Below are positions 27,929 through 38,000 of a stretch of 64,000 nt of DNA, piece by piece; position 1 is the stretch's first letter; each line of letters opens with the position of its first letter. Under the pieces are notes generated by a model. That model had not been told where the DNA came from. It ran no database searches and saw nothing but the letters and a program-made list of their open reading frames with translations. The position numbers were made by a program, and so were the translations under genes. Origin of the DNA: an uncultured Myxococcales bacterium (GTDB taxonomy: Bacteria; Myxococcota_A; UBA9042); assembly GCA_903883645.1 (NCBI GenBank), contig CAISBR010000081.1, positions 2,833 through 66,832 of the forward strand, read 5' to 3'.

Positions 27929-30058
27929 TCAGCTATTTAGCGCGCGCCACACCGTCTCGCCGTCCATAGGCAGGCGCCGCACCCGCGCACCTGTGGCGTC
28001 CGCAATGGCATTGGCGATCGCTGGGGCTACGGCCATCAGACCGATCTCGCCGGCGCCTTTGACACCGAGCGGCACACTCGGCTCGGGCTCGCCGCAAAAT
28101 ACTACTTCAAGATCAGGAAGATCGAGCGTCCGCGGCACGCCATAATCGAGCAACCCGCGGGTCAGCAGCTTGCCGTGCGCCGTAAAATCCAGGCGCTCCA
28201 TCAGGGCAAAGCCCAGCCCCTGGGCGGCGGCACCTTGAATTTGCCCTTTGGCCATAAGGGGATTTAGCACCCGACCGATGTCGATGGCCTGCAGCAGTCG
28301 GACCACCCGCGACTGACCGGTCTGGGGGTCGACATCGACCACTGCGGCACACGCGGCGAAGGGCGGGGCATTGGTCTGCGGCGACCAAGCCACGTGGGCG
28401 TCGATCGGCAAAGGGGCGCCATCTGCACGCAGTTGCTTGGCTTTTTCGGCAGCCTGCCGCACGGTCTCGCCGGCAATGTAGGTCCGACCCGAGGCATGGG
28501 CGCCCGAGTCGGCCAGCTCGGCCGCCGTATCCGCCAGAACCACGCGAATCTGCTGCGGCGGCAGGCCCAGCACCTCGCCGGCAATCATCGCCAGACTGGT
28601 GGCCACGCCGGTGCCGCCCTGGTCGGGAGCGCCGCTGTGTACCTCGACGCCGCCATCGGCCCGCAACACCACCTTAGCGTTGCTGATTTCGTTGCGGCCT
28701 TTGCCAGTGGTGTGCATCGCGACGGCCATGCCCTTGCCCCGTATCCACCCCTCGAGCGGCGCGCCCACGGGTTCGCTGAGTGCGCCCTGCACTACATCGA
28801 GGCAACGGTCGAGCGCGCACGACGAAATCGTCGCACCTTTCGCAACGAATTGGCCCGTTTGTGTATCGACGACGCCGACCGACAGGTTCTTGTCGCCGCT
28901 GCGCAGCAAGTGCCGGCGCCGCCACTCGATCGGGTCTAGGCCAAAGCGACGGCACAGCTCGTCGTTGTGCGACTCGACCGCAAACGTGGCTTGGGGATTG
29001 CCAAAACCGCGCGTCGCCGACGCCACCGGCGCGTTGGTCGTCACCAGCCGGCCAGAAAAACGCACGGCCTGGCACCGATACAAGGCCAAGGGGCGCAAAG
29101 CCCGCAGCACTACGTAGGGTCCCAAGTCCAAGTGCGCGCCCGCGTTGTAGTCGGCCTCGATCTCGCGGGCCAGCAGGTTGCCATCGTCGTCCATCGCCGA
29201 GCGCACGCGAATCCGTGCACCGTGACGCACCCGGCCAGCCACCAGCCCCTCGCTGCGTTCGAGTTCGAGCCGCACCGGCCGCTGCAGCTTGCGACAGGCC
29301 AAGGCCGCCACGTACTCCAAGTCGTCCATTCTGCTGCCAAAACCGCCGCCAATCTGCGCCGGCACCACCACGCGGACCTGCTCAGGCCGCAGACCGAGCC
29401 AATGGGCCATCTGGTGGCGCAGCTCGTACGGCGCGGGCGTACCCTTGTGCACGATCAGCCCGCCATCGGCACCGGGCTCAACCAAGCAGGCATAGGGCTC
29501 CATCGCGGCCGCCTGGACCGTACTGGTATGGTAAGTGGTCTCGATGGTATGCGGGGCGCTCGAAAAAACGCCTTTCAGATCACCAGATTCATAGGTAATC
29601 GCCCCAAACGGCAACGCCAGGTTGCTGCGCCCCAAATGGGCCGCCACGGCACCCTTGGCCAGCGCGTCTTCAAGATCGAGGACGTGGGGCAAAACTTGGT
29701 ACCGCACCTGCACTTTAGCCACAGCCGCCCGCGCTTGATCGGCTGTCTCGGCCAACACCACCGCCACCGGGCAGCCCAGCCAAGCCGGCTCGCGCCACAA
29801 AAGCGGTCGCGTCATCAGGTTGCGGCCGTAGAACGCCTCGCCGGGCAGGTCGTGCGGCGGGCAATCGTCGGGGCCGAGCACGGCCAGCACGCCGGGCATC
29901 GCCAAAGCCAGCGCCGGATCAAGCCCCTCGAGCAGCGCGTGGGCGTGGGGCGAGCGCACCAGCACGCCGTGGCACATGCCGGGCAAGTGGAAGTCGGTCA
30001 AGTACTTGGCACGCCCGGCGGCCTTGTCAGCCGCGTCGAGCAGAGGCATGCCGCTCAT
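27929..30058 (-). CDS. Xanthine dehydrogenase/CoxL family molybdopterin-binding subunit
   Basis: RSPHAHA, IGGGFG, RGFGNPQ, GAHASG, KGAGE. Substrate unknown. Confidence 0.88.
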   Translation of the reverse strand: MSGMPLLDAADKAAGRAKYLTDFHLPGMCHGVLVRSPHAHALLEGLDPALALAMPGVLAVLGPDDCPPHDLPGEAFYGRNLMTRPLLWREPAWLGCPVAVVLAETADQARAAVAKVQVRYQVLPHVLDLEDALAKGAVAAHLGRSNLALPFGAITYESGDLKGVFSSAPHTIETTYHTSTVQAAAMEPYACLVEPGADGGLIVHKGTPAPYELRHQMAHWLGLRPEQVRVVVPAQIGGGFGSRMDDLEYVAALACRKLQRPVRLELERSEGLVAGRVRHGARIRVRSAMDDDGNLLAREIEADYNAGAHLDLGPYVVLRALRPLALYRCQAVRFSGRLVTTNAPVASATRGFGNPQATFAVESHNDELCRRFGLDPIEWRRRHLLRSGDKNLSVGVVDTQTGQFVAKGATISSCALDRCLDVVQGALSEPVGAPLEGWIRGKGMAVAMHTTGKGRNEISNAKVVLRADGGVEVHSGAPDQGGTGVATSLAMIAGEVLGLPPQQIRVVLADTAAELADSGAHASGRTYIAGETVRQAAEKAKQLRADGAPLPIDAHVAWSPQTNAPPFAACAAVVDVDPQTGQSRVVRLLQAIDIGRVLNPLMAKGQIQGAAAQGLGFALMERLDFTAHGKLLTRGLLDYGVPRTLDLPDLEVVFCGEPEPSVPLGVKGAGEIGLMAVAPAIANAIADATGARVRRLPMDGETVWRALNS

Positions 30059-30516
30059 GGCTCACCTGCACGCAAGCGCTGCAAGCCCGCAACCGCGCCG
30101 GCGACAAGGCCTGCGTAGCCCGTGCAACGACACAGGTTTCCGGCTAAAGCGTGGCGTATGCCAGCCTCGGTCGCGGGTACATCGGTGGACAAGCTGTGCA
30201 CCGCGACCACCATGCCGGGGGTGCAAAATCCGCATTGCACGCCGCCGGCTTCGACTAGGGCGCGGGCTACAGGGCCATCTGCAAACGATGCTGCAGTTTG
30301 AATAACTTGCCCGTAGGCTCGAAAGGCGGGATAGATGCAGCCATGCACGCGCTCGCCGGCGACAAGGCAACTGCAGGCCCCGCAAATCCCCTCGCCGCAA
30401 GCGACTTTGACTGCAGTGTTCTCGGCGCCACCGCGCAAAGCCTCGGCCAGCGAGGCATTGCCTGGCACATCGCACTCGACAAGGCGGCCGTCGACTTCGG
30501 CAGACCAACGCATCAA
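30055..30516 (-). CDS. [2Fe-2S] subunit (CoxS/XdhC type)
   Basis: CGEGICGACS..C, QCGFCTPG, GNLCRCTGY. Confidence 0.9.
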   Translation of the reverse strand: MMRWSAEVDGRLVECDVPGNASLAEALRGGAENTAVKVACGEGICGACSCLVAGERVHGCIYPAFRAYGQVIQTAASFADGPVARALVEAGGVQCGFCTPGMVVAVHSLSTDVPATEAGIRHALAGNLCRCTGYAGLVAGAVAGLQRLRAGEP

Positions 30517-31322
30517 TGCACCTCGCGCAGTTCAGTCGGCAGCAACTCTTTTAGCAGTCGCTCGGCCAACACGCCGACCATGGCGCGCCTGTAATCGGCC
30601 GAGCCCCGCGCATCGTCGATTGGACGAACAACATGAGCAATACTTTCAGCCCATTGCGCAACACTGCGCCGGTCCCACCGCCCCTCAAGGTCGCGCAAAC
30701 GCCGCGCTGGCGCCTCGATCCCCGACACCGCCAGCCGCAGTTGATCGCCATCGACAAGCGCTGCCAGCGTGACCAGCGCAGGGCCCACGGGGGTGCGGCG
30801 CAGCGACTGACAACCCGAGCGCGCCATCGGCGAGCCGGGCTCAAGCTCAACACTCAGAATAATTTCGCCGGGATGTAGGCGCAACGGCGCGATCGGCGCG
30901 TGGCGTTCGCCGTCGGGGCCAAGGAGCACGGCGTGCGCCTCGTAGAGCAACAGCGGCGCGACCAGCGAGCCAACCCCTGTGCACAGGTTGCCGCCCAACG
31001 TGGCCTGGGCCGCCACCGGCAAGGGCTCAAAGTGGCCGGCCATGGCCATGATCGCGGCAAGACCGGGTGCACTCAGTTCAGGATGGCGGCGCAAGTCGCG
31101 CATGGTCGTGGTGGCGCCAATCGACAGGTGATGGCCGCGCCAGCCAATGCGGTCGAGGCCCGCGTCGCAAAGGTCGATGAGGTGCGACGGCCGCCCGCCC
31201 CCCAGCTTGCCGAGCGCGAGTGTTGCGCCGCCAATTACGGCTGCACCCTGAAGGTTGGCCAGCAATTCAACTGCCATTTCAGGAGTTTGTGGGCGATAGT
31301 AGTTGGCTGCTTGCGAAGGCAT
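30513..31322 (-). CDS. FAD-binding subunit (CoxM type)
   Basis: YYRP, IGGAT, IGATTT, ATLGGNL, DARGSADYRR. Start reassigned to ATG 31322. Confidence 0.85.
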   Translation of the reverse strand: MPSQAANYYRPQTPEMAVELLANLQGAAVIGGATLALGKLGGGRPSHLIDLCDAGLDRIGWRGHHLSIGATTTMRDLRRHPELSAPGLAAIMAMAGHFEPLPVAAQATLGGNLCTGVGSLVAPLLLYEAHAVLLGPDGERHAPIAPLRLHPGEIILSVELEPGSPMARSGCQSLRRTPVGPALVTLAALVDGDQLRLAVSGIEAPARRLRDLEGRWDRRSVAQWAESIAHVVRPIDDARGSADYRRAMVGVLAERLLKELLPTELREVH

Positions 31323-31442
31323 GCGCTCCCGAACTAGACAGGGGTAAGCGAACACGGCGACGGTACGCCGGGTGCGCGGAAGGGTCAAGCCTGGCCTGCC
31401 ACCGCTGGACCACAGCCCACGCGCCGTGACCGCGGCCACCGA

Positions 31443-34400
31443 TCAAAAAGCGTAGAGCAGGCCAAAGTTGAACTGACCAAACTCGTCAGTCGTGCACGAA
31501 ATACTGCCCGCTACGTCACTTTTGATGTCGCGGCAGCGCGCGGCGCCCAAGGCAAAGGCGTAGTCGAGGCGCACGGGAATTTGGCCCGAGAGAAGCCAGC
31601 GCACGCCCACGCCCAGGCCGTGGCGAATCGACGCGGAGTGCACGCCACTCCACGTCTCCGAAATCCCGCCAAAATCCCAGAAGGTAGCACCCCATAGGCC
31701 CATGGTCGACACGATCGGAAAGCGCAGCTCGGCCGAGCCGTTGGCCACCACATCGCCGTCGCCGAGCACCTTGTCGCCCGAGGCGAGCGGGGCATTGCAG
31801 GCCTTGGGCTGGCCGTTCACGTCCTCGACCAAGGTACATCCGCTCGCGTCGTACTGGCGCACGCCAAAATCGGAGTAACCGCGCAGCAGCGACTGCGAAT
31901 ACTGACCGCCCAGACGAAACCTGGCGAATTGTGGAAGGTTCTGCCCTGTACTCGCCCCCAACGAGCGGCCAGCGCCACCATGCAACAGCAGCGCCAGCAC
32001 CATCGAGTCGCCGAGGGGCACATACGAGCGGGCGCTCAGCTCCCACTTGATGAAGTTGGCCGGCACGTACACCGTCTTGACTTCGTTCTGTTTTACGCTG
32101 GCGTTGATATACGGCAGGCTGAAGCTGAGCGAAAAGCCGCGGCGGGGATTGAGCGGGCTGTCGGTATTGTCGAACGAAACGGAAGGAATCAAGCTGAGTT
32201 GTGGCTCGGGCGACTCGGCAAAGTCTTGATTGCGCGACTCGGGCAGGCGGGTGCGAATGTAGCCGGCGTCGGTGGCGATCGAGGCGGCCAACTTGCCGAA
32301 ACGTCTGGTGACTTCGATCAGCGCGCCGGCCTTGTCGACATCGATCGGCCCAATGGCGTAATCGTGGATCAGGTAGGGCAGCACCACCCGCAAACCGAAT
32401 TCGGAGCCAAGCAAGCGACTGTCTTGGTATGTAGGCAGAATTGCAGCATAACGCAGTGTATCCGAATACCACGGCGGCGTCTGGCGCGCCGAAGAGCCGT
32501 CTGGCTGGTACCATGGCGCACAACTTTTCGCTTTAGCAAGCAAGGTCTTGCATGCATCCGAGCCTTCATACGGCACAGTATCGTAGCTCGGCGGCACGGC
32601 GGCACCCAGCTTCGCCGATAGCTTGAGCATCTTGCCTGAATGCAAGAAGTTGCGGTTCACATACGCCGCCTCGCCGGTCGCAAGCAGATTGGGCAGCGTC
32701 AGGTTCTGCGCAATGCCAAAGCCAGTGGTCAGCCGGTCGGCCGCCGTGGTGGTGCGATCGATAAAATCCTTAAGCGTTTGAACGGTTTCTTGCTCGTAGG
32801 GCGACCGTGCGGTGTTGATAGTCTGAAAGCCCAGCGACGCCTCCCAATAGCGGTTCTGCCCCTCGACCACGTTGACCAGCGTCGCCAGATGGTCGCGCGG
32901 CGGGCGCTCTTCATCGCCGATCGCCGCCACCGACACCTGCGAAAATAGACCTAGATTCCTCAGCTTTCGCTGCGTCTCAAACACGGCGGCCGCCGAATAA
33001 GGACCACCATAGGGCGGCATGTCGCGCAAGATGACGCTGCGATCCGTTACAAAATTGCCCACAACGAATGACTCGCCGAAATCGACGCGCTCGCCCTCGG
33101 CAATCACCAAGCGCACATCGACATAGCGGGCCAGCATGGTCGCCGGCGTGCACACGGCCTCGTCGCGGTTCGGCTCGACGGAGGAGCACAGTGCCTTGAT
33201 CGTAGTACGGAAAAAGCCGTTGTTGCGGTAGCGCTGTTCGACCGCGCGCATGGCGTCGTCGAGCATCGAGTAGCTGACGACGTCGCCTTGGCGCAAGGTC
33301 GTCAATCGTCTGATTTCATTAAAGGTAACCTGCCCTGCGCCTTCGATCGCGAGCGTGCGCAGGCGGCTGCGCTCACCCTCGTGGTAGTCGATGTCGATGT
33401 AGATGAAGTTTTCGCCGAGTGGCCGCCGAACACGGAATCCTTTGTTGTCATAGCGATAAACAAACTCAGTCTCGCCCATGTGTTCTAGGCGCTGGCGACG
33501 GTTGGCCGCACTCGGGGTCGCACCCTCGGGCAAGCTGACCGCATAGTGGAACTGGTAAAAACCATTGTCTAAATAGTGCTGTCGCAGCGCATCGAGGTCC
33601 GCAAGCACCTGATCGGCCTGCAAATAGCCGCCGGCATCAAAAAAGTCGTACGCCTTGCTGGTCAGCACCGTACGCAGCTTGTCCGGGGCGATCAGGGGCG
33701 CGCTGGGCCGGTCGACCGCATGAAAAAAGATGCCGCGCACCTGCGACACGTAACCCGTAGTCACATAATAGCTAACCGCAGCAATAACTTGCGTTGACAG
33801 GCGCGGCGGCACAGGCCGAAAGTCGAGGCGCACATCGGCAAACAAGAAGCCGCGATTCTCGAGCAGGGCCAACAGGTCCAAGCGCCCGCGCTCGCCCTCT
33901 TCAAAGTCGAACTGGCCGCTGTCGCCAAAGGGCAGCGCGTCGTACAAGCTCTGGTCTTCGCTAAGGACGTAACCCGCCTTGCCGCCACCCGAATCGTCGC
34001 GCACCCAGACCTGCACCAGCGCGCACTTGCCCGGCCGCACATCGATGCGCACCGCCTGGTCGAGCGGGTCGTGCAGCACATCAACCCGCGGGTTGCCATA
34101 GCCCAGCTTGCGCAGGTAAGTCCGCACGCGCGAACGGATTCGATTGGCCTCGCGCTGACTAAACACCTCCATGGTCGAGGTGTCGGCGGCAATGCGCAGC
34201 GCCCGCTCGCCGATGCGCGGGCAGCGCAGGTCGTGGCGCTCTTCAAGCTCGGTCGGCAGCGGCGAATCCTGAAGCTGCACATGGGTTTGCGTAATGCGCT
34301 TGCGCTCGCCTTCGTCGATATCGACCTGCACGCGCAGCTGCCCCGGGCCAGCCGGCACCGTGCGCAGCCGCACCTTCGCATCCAAGAAGCCGTTGCGCCG

Positions 34401-35057
34401 GTACAGCGACTCAATCGATTCCTTTTGCGATTCGAGCTGTTTCTTGCCATCCACCGTGTCGATATTCAGCACATCGCCGTTTTGGATCTGCAGCTTGGCG
34501 CGCACTTCGTCTTGGAACATCGCGCTGTTGCCCACAATGTCGACGCCGCGCACCAGCGTGCTGCCCGCCACCCGCCAGCGAATCGTCGAGCGGCCATCGG
34601 GGTCGCGCCGGCACTGCACCGACACCGACTTGAGGTAGCCCAGGTGCAGCAATCGCTCGTAGGCCTTTTGCAGCTGCCCAATCAACAGGTTACGCCCCTG
34701 CTTCAGGTCCAGCAGGCTCGTCACCGCGCTGTGCACATCGTCGGGCTGGCACGGCGTCGCGTCGCAGCCATCGAGGCGCACCTCAGCAATCGGCAGGCCA
34801 ACACAGGCTTTCTCCGCCGCCGCCACACCGTTTTCGCCAAAGATCAGCCGAGCCGCCGCCAAGCCACTGGCCATACTGACCGGGCTCGCATCTGCCGGGG
34901 CACTCACCGCACTGGCGTCGGCCGGCGGCGGCACTTCGGCGGCCAGGACCGTGCAGGATAGCGATATCCCCAAGATAAACAGCACACTGCAACCCATGCG
35001 CCGCGATGCGATCAGAGCTCGCAACGCAAGACCAAGCTGGGGCAGGGGCAACATCAT
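31443..35057 (-). CDS. Omp85 family outer-membrane protein (TamA/BamA-like, multiple POTRA domains)
   Basis: POTRA motifs (YRRNGFLDAKV, GNFVTD..ILR, LRNLGLFSQV); RFRLGG..LRGY loop; GVGVRW..PVRLDYA; terminal Phe. Confidence 0.87.
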   Translation of the reverse strand: MMLPLPQLGLALRALIASRRMGCSVLFILGISLSCTVLAAEVPPPADASAVSAPADASPVSMASGLAAARLIFGENGVAAAEKACVGLPIAEVRLDGCDATPCQPDDVHSAVTSLLDLKQGRNLLIGQLQKAYERLLHLGYLKSVSVQCRRDPDGRSTIRWRVAGSTLVRGVDIVGNSAMFQDEVRAKLQIQNGDVLNIDTVDGKKQLESQKESIESLYRRNGFLDAKVRLRTVPAGPGQLRVQVDIDEGERKRITQTHVQLQDSPLPTELEERHDLRCPRIGERALRIAADTSTMEVFSQREANRIRSRVRTYLRKLGYGNPRVDVLHDPLDQAVRIDVRPGKCALVQVWVRDDSGGGKAGYVLSEDQSLYDALPFGDSGQFDFEEGERGRLDLLALLENRGFLFADVRLDFRPVPPRLSTQVIAAVSYYVTTGYVSQVRGIFFHAVDRPSAPLIAPDKLRTVLTSKAYDFFDAGGYLQADQVLADLDALRQHYLDNGFYQFHYAVSLPEGATPSAANRRQRLEHMGETEFVYRYDNKGFRVRRPLGENFIYIDIDYHEGERSRLRTLAIEGAGQVTFNEIRRLTTLRQGDVVSYSMLDDAMRAVEQRYRNNGFFRTTIKALCSSVEPNRDEAVCTPATMLARYVDVRLVIAEGERVDFGESFVVGNFVTDRSVILRDMPPYGGPYSAAAVFETQRKLRNLGLFSQVSVAAIGDEERPPRDHLATLVNVVEGQNRYWEASLGFQTINTARSPYEQETVQTLKDFIDRTTTAADRLTTGFGIAQNLTLPNLLATGEAAYVNRNFLHSGKMLKLSAKLGAAVPPSYDTVPYEGSDACKTLLAKAKSCAPWYQPDGSSARQTPPWYSDTLRYAAILPTYQDSRLLGSEFGLRVVLPYLIHDYAIGPIDVDKAGALIEVTRRFGKLAASIATDAGYIRTRLPESRNQDFAESPEPQLSLIPSVSFDNTDSPLNPRRGFSLSFSLPYINASVKQNEVKTVYVPANFIKWELSARSYVPLGDSMVLALLLHGGAGRSLGASTGQNLPQFARFRLGGQYSQSLLRGYSDFGVRQYDASGCTLVEDVNGQPKACNAPLASGDKVLGDGDVVANGSAELRFPIVSTMGLWGATFWDFGGISETWSGVHSASIRHGLGVGVRWLLSGQIPVRLDYAFALGAARCRDIKSDVAGSISCTTDEFGQFNFGLLYAF

Positions 35058-35072
35058 CGGCGCGGGCGGTCC

Positions 35073-38000
35073 TTACTCGTCGCTAAGCGGCACTTTGTAC
35101 CGCAGTTTGCTCTCGTACACATCGACGCTGGTCTCTTGGCTACTCGACGAGTCGAGCAGTTTTTGCCGTCGCCACAGGCCGTTGAGCGACAGCCGGTCCG
35201 TGATGCGGAACGAGAAGTTGGCGTTGTAGCGGTTTTCTTTGCCGGTCTGTACGCGCGTGCCCAGCGCGATCGACTTGCCCAGCTTTTTGGTCACGTCGGC
35301 CGACACGCCCAAGTTCACGGGATCAAAGTCGATCTGCACCGTATCGACCACGGATTTCAGCAGGCCCGTGACGACCGTGTTCAGCGCCTCGCCAAAGAAG
35401 AAGTCGGTGGTTAGGCGCGTGCCACCCGTGCCCTGGTCGTTGCAGCGGCGGCGTGCGGCGATCAGACACATGCAGTCGGCCTCGGTGTCGCCCTTGTTGC
35501 TGGTCAGGTGGAAAGTGAAGTTGCGGCGATCGCCAAAGACGCCCTTGACCTGAACAAAGACCTGAACAATTTCGTCGAGTTGATTAGCATCCGTGGTTAG
35601 GTCGGTGCCGAGTGTCGAGGCCATGGTGCCGGTGCGGGTGCCGGCGCGCACGGGGATGTCAGTGCGGGCCATCGCTTCGAGATAGGGCTTGGTGGCGTCG
35701 CCGTTGAAGTCGAGGGTGCCCGAAACAACTTCAAAAATCAGGTTGTTGAGCGATGCACTGATCTGGCTGCCCGAGCCCTCGACCACCCGCAAGCGGTCGT
35801 GCACCTGCAAGTTGCTCAGATTGCCCGACACGCGCATGTCGAATTCGGTCACCAAGTCGGCCTTACCGCCCGGCACGCGACTCGCCACTTCAAAATTCTT
35901 GCCGTGCACCTTGAGGTCTAGGCCCAGCTCGGCCAGCCAGGGCATCGTCTCGGTAATCGGCTTACTGTAGGTCTCGACTTTGCGATCGCCCGCGTTGCCC
36001 AGCACGCTCGAGATCTGGTCAAAGCTGCGGTAATAGCTGCCCTCGCCAATGTGCACGTCGCCAGCCAGGCGCAGGTCGCGATTCGCTAGGTCGCGCAAGC
36101 GGTTACCACTCAGCACCAAGTCGGGCGAGATGAGCATCTGGTACTCTTTGGGCACCGCATACGGAATATCGCCCGCCCACAGCCGCGCATACACCGAGTC
36201 GAGCTGCAAATCGACCAGCGAGGCGCGCCCCGACACCGTAAAATGCCCATCGTCGACCTGGCCTTTCAGCTCGTGGTCAAGGGGGATCGCCACGGTCATC
36301 ACGCCGCGCGGACTCGTGGCAATCTGCAGGCGCGCGCCATCTTGTATCGTGATATCATGGCCAAAACGCCGTAGTGCCACGCGCCCCGTCTCCGTCTCGA
36401 GCAGGGCCTGCACGTGCAGCCGGTCCAGCGGTCCATCCACGCGCAGCATTCCACCACCCGCCGCCGCCGCTTCAAGGCAGTTCGCCCGCGGGTCCGCCGC
36501 CACCACCGGGTCGCGCAGCACGTTGAGGCGCAGATCCAGGTCCGACAAACTCTGGCTAAGTGCACCAAATCGCTGAATATCAAAGGTGCCCGCGACAAAG
36601 CCGAGCAGCGCTGCAGGCTCGTCGTCGTGCGGGTAGCGCCACTCGCCACACACTTCGATGCCACTGCGGTTGAGCTCGAAGTACGTGCCGCCCAAAGTGA
36701 TTTTGTCGGCCGAGATGCCGATGACTGCGGCCTTGGTGTTGCGAATCGGCCGCGCGCCGCCGCCCGGATCGAGCCACAGCCCTGCCGCCGGCACAATCGT
36801 CTCGACCCGCCAGTCGAACTTGCTGTTTTGCAGCGCCATCTCGACCGCCACCTCGCCTTCGACCCGCACCGCAATACCCTGCGGCCGCGGCAGGCCTAGG
36901 CGCTCAAAGGGGTCGAGCGGATTTTCGGTGCCGATACGCAGGGTTGAGGTCGTTGGCAGCCAGCCCTTAAAGTTGACCTCACTGCCGCTCAGGAGCTTAA
37001 ACGACTCGAAAAAATGGTCGCTTTTCAGCAGTAACGGCCCCAGCGGCGCCTTCTCAAGGTCGAGGTGCGCCGAGCCCAGCTCAATCGCGTCCCAGCCCAG
37101 GCCTTTGATATCCACACCGGCGGCCAGCGACAGGTCTTTGCCATCGCCGCTGAGCTTGATGGTCGCCGCCACCGTGCCCGGCATCGGCAGGTTTTCGAGC
37201 CACGAGAACTGCTTAAAGCGCGTCTCGGGTAGCGCGACGTCGATGTCGAGGCGCTTGGTAGCCAGGTCAAACCGCCCCACGGTCTGGATATCGGCGCTGC
37301 CGTCGACCGGACTGCCTCGCAAGCGCAGCCGCGCATTGGGCAAAACCGTAACAAGTCCGTGCTGCTCGACGTGGCCGCCGCCGCGATCGAACCACTCGCC
37401 GTAGGCGTGCACCCCCTGCAACGCCACATCGCCCGAAAACCGCAGCGACGGCATAAAATGCCCAAGATCAGCACTTAGTTGCCCACCCGACAAGTCGCCT
37501 TGGCCCGTAATGCCGGCGACCCGCCAACGGGCCAGCAGCTTGCCCAGGTCCACCTGCCGCACGGTCAAGTGATCGATGCGCAGTGGTCGCTCGGCGGCCA
37601 GCTCGCCCAAGCTCGCGCCAAACAGCCCCATGCGCAAATCGCCACTCACATCGCCGATATCCGTACTTGCGCGCAGTCCCGTCAGCGCCACCTCGCCACC
37701 GCGAATCCCCAGCATCGCCGTGCCGTGCCGCACCTTGTAGCCGTAGGCCGCCAAGTCGTCGACGCTTACCCTACCCAATACACCGGGCCGCAGCAGCGCC
37801 CCCTCGATACGACCGCCTTCAAGCCGCACTGCCCCCGCCACATCGGCGATGCCAAGGGGCGCAAGCCAGTCTTCTAGCTGCGGAATGGCCAGGTCGGCCC
37901 GCAAATTGGTCGTATCGCCGCTCAGGTCGAGCCGGCCGTCGCAGTGCAGCGCCGCCGTCTGCGCACCCGACTGCTCGGCGTCTTCGGTTCGCAGCTCCGA

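Noticed and set aside
27929-30058. Calling the Mo-hydroxylase an aerobic CO dehydrogenase
   Set aside because: It lacks the AYxCSFR active-site loop (reads SATRGFG); substrate cannot be assigned.
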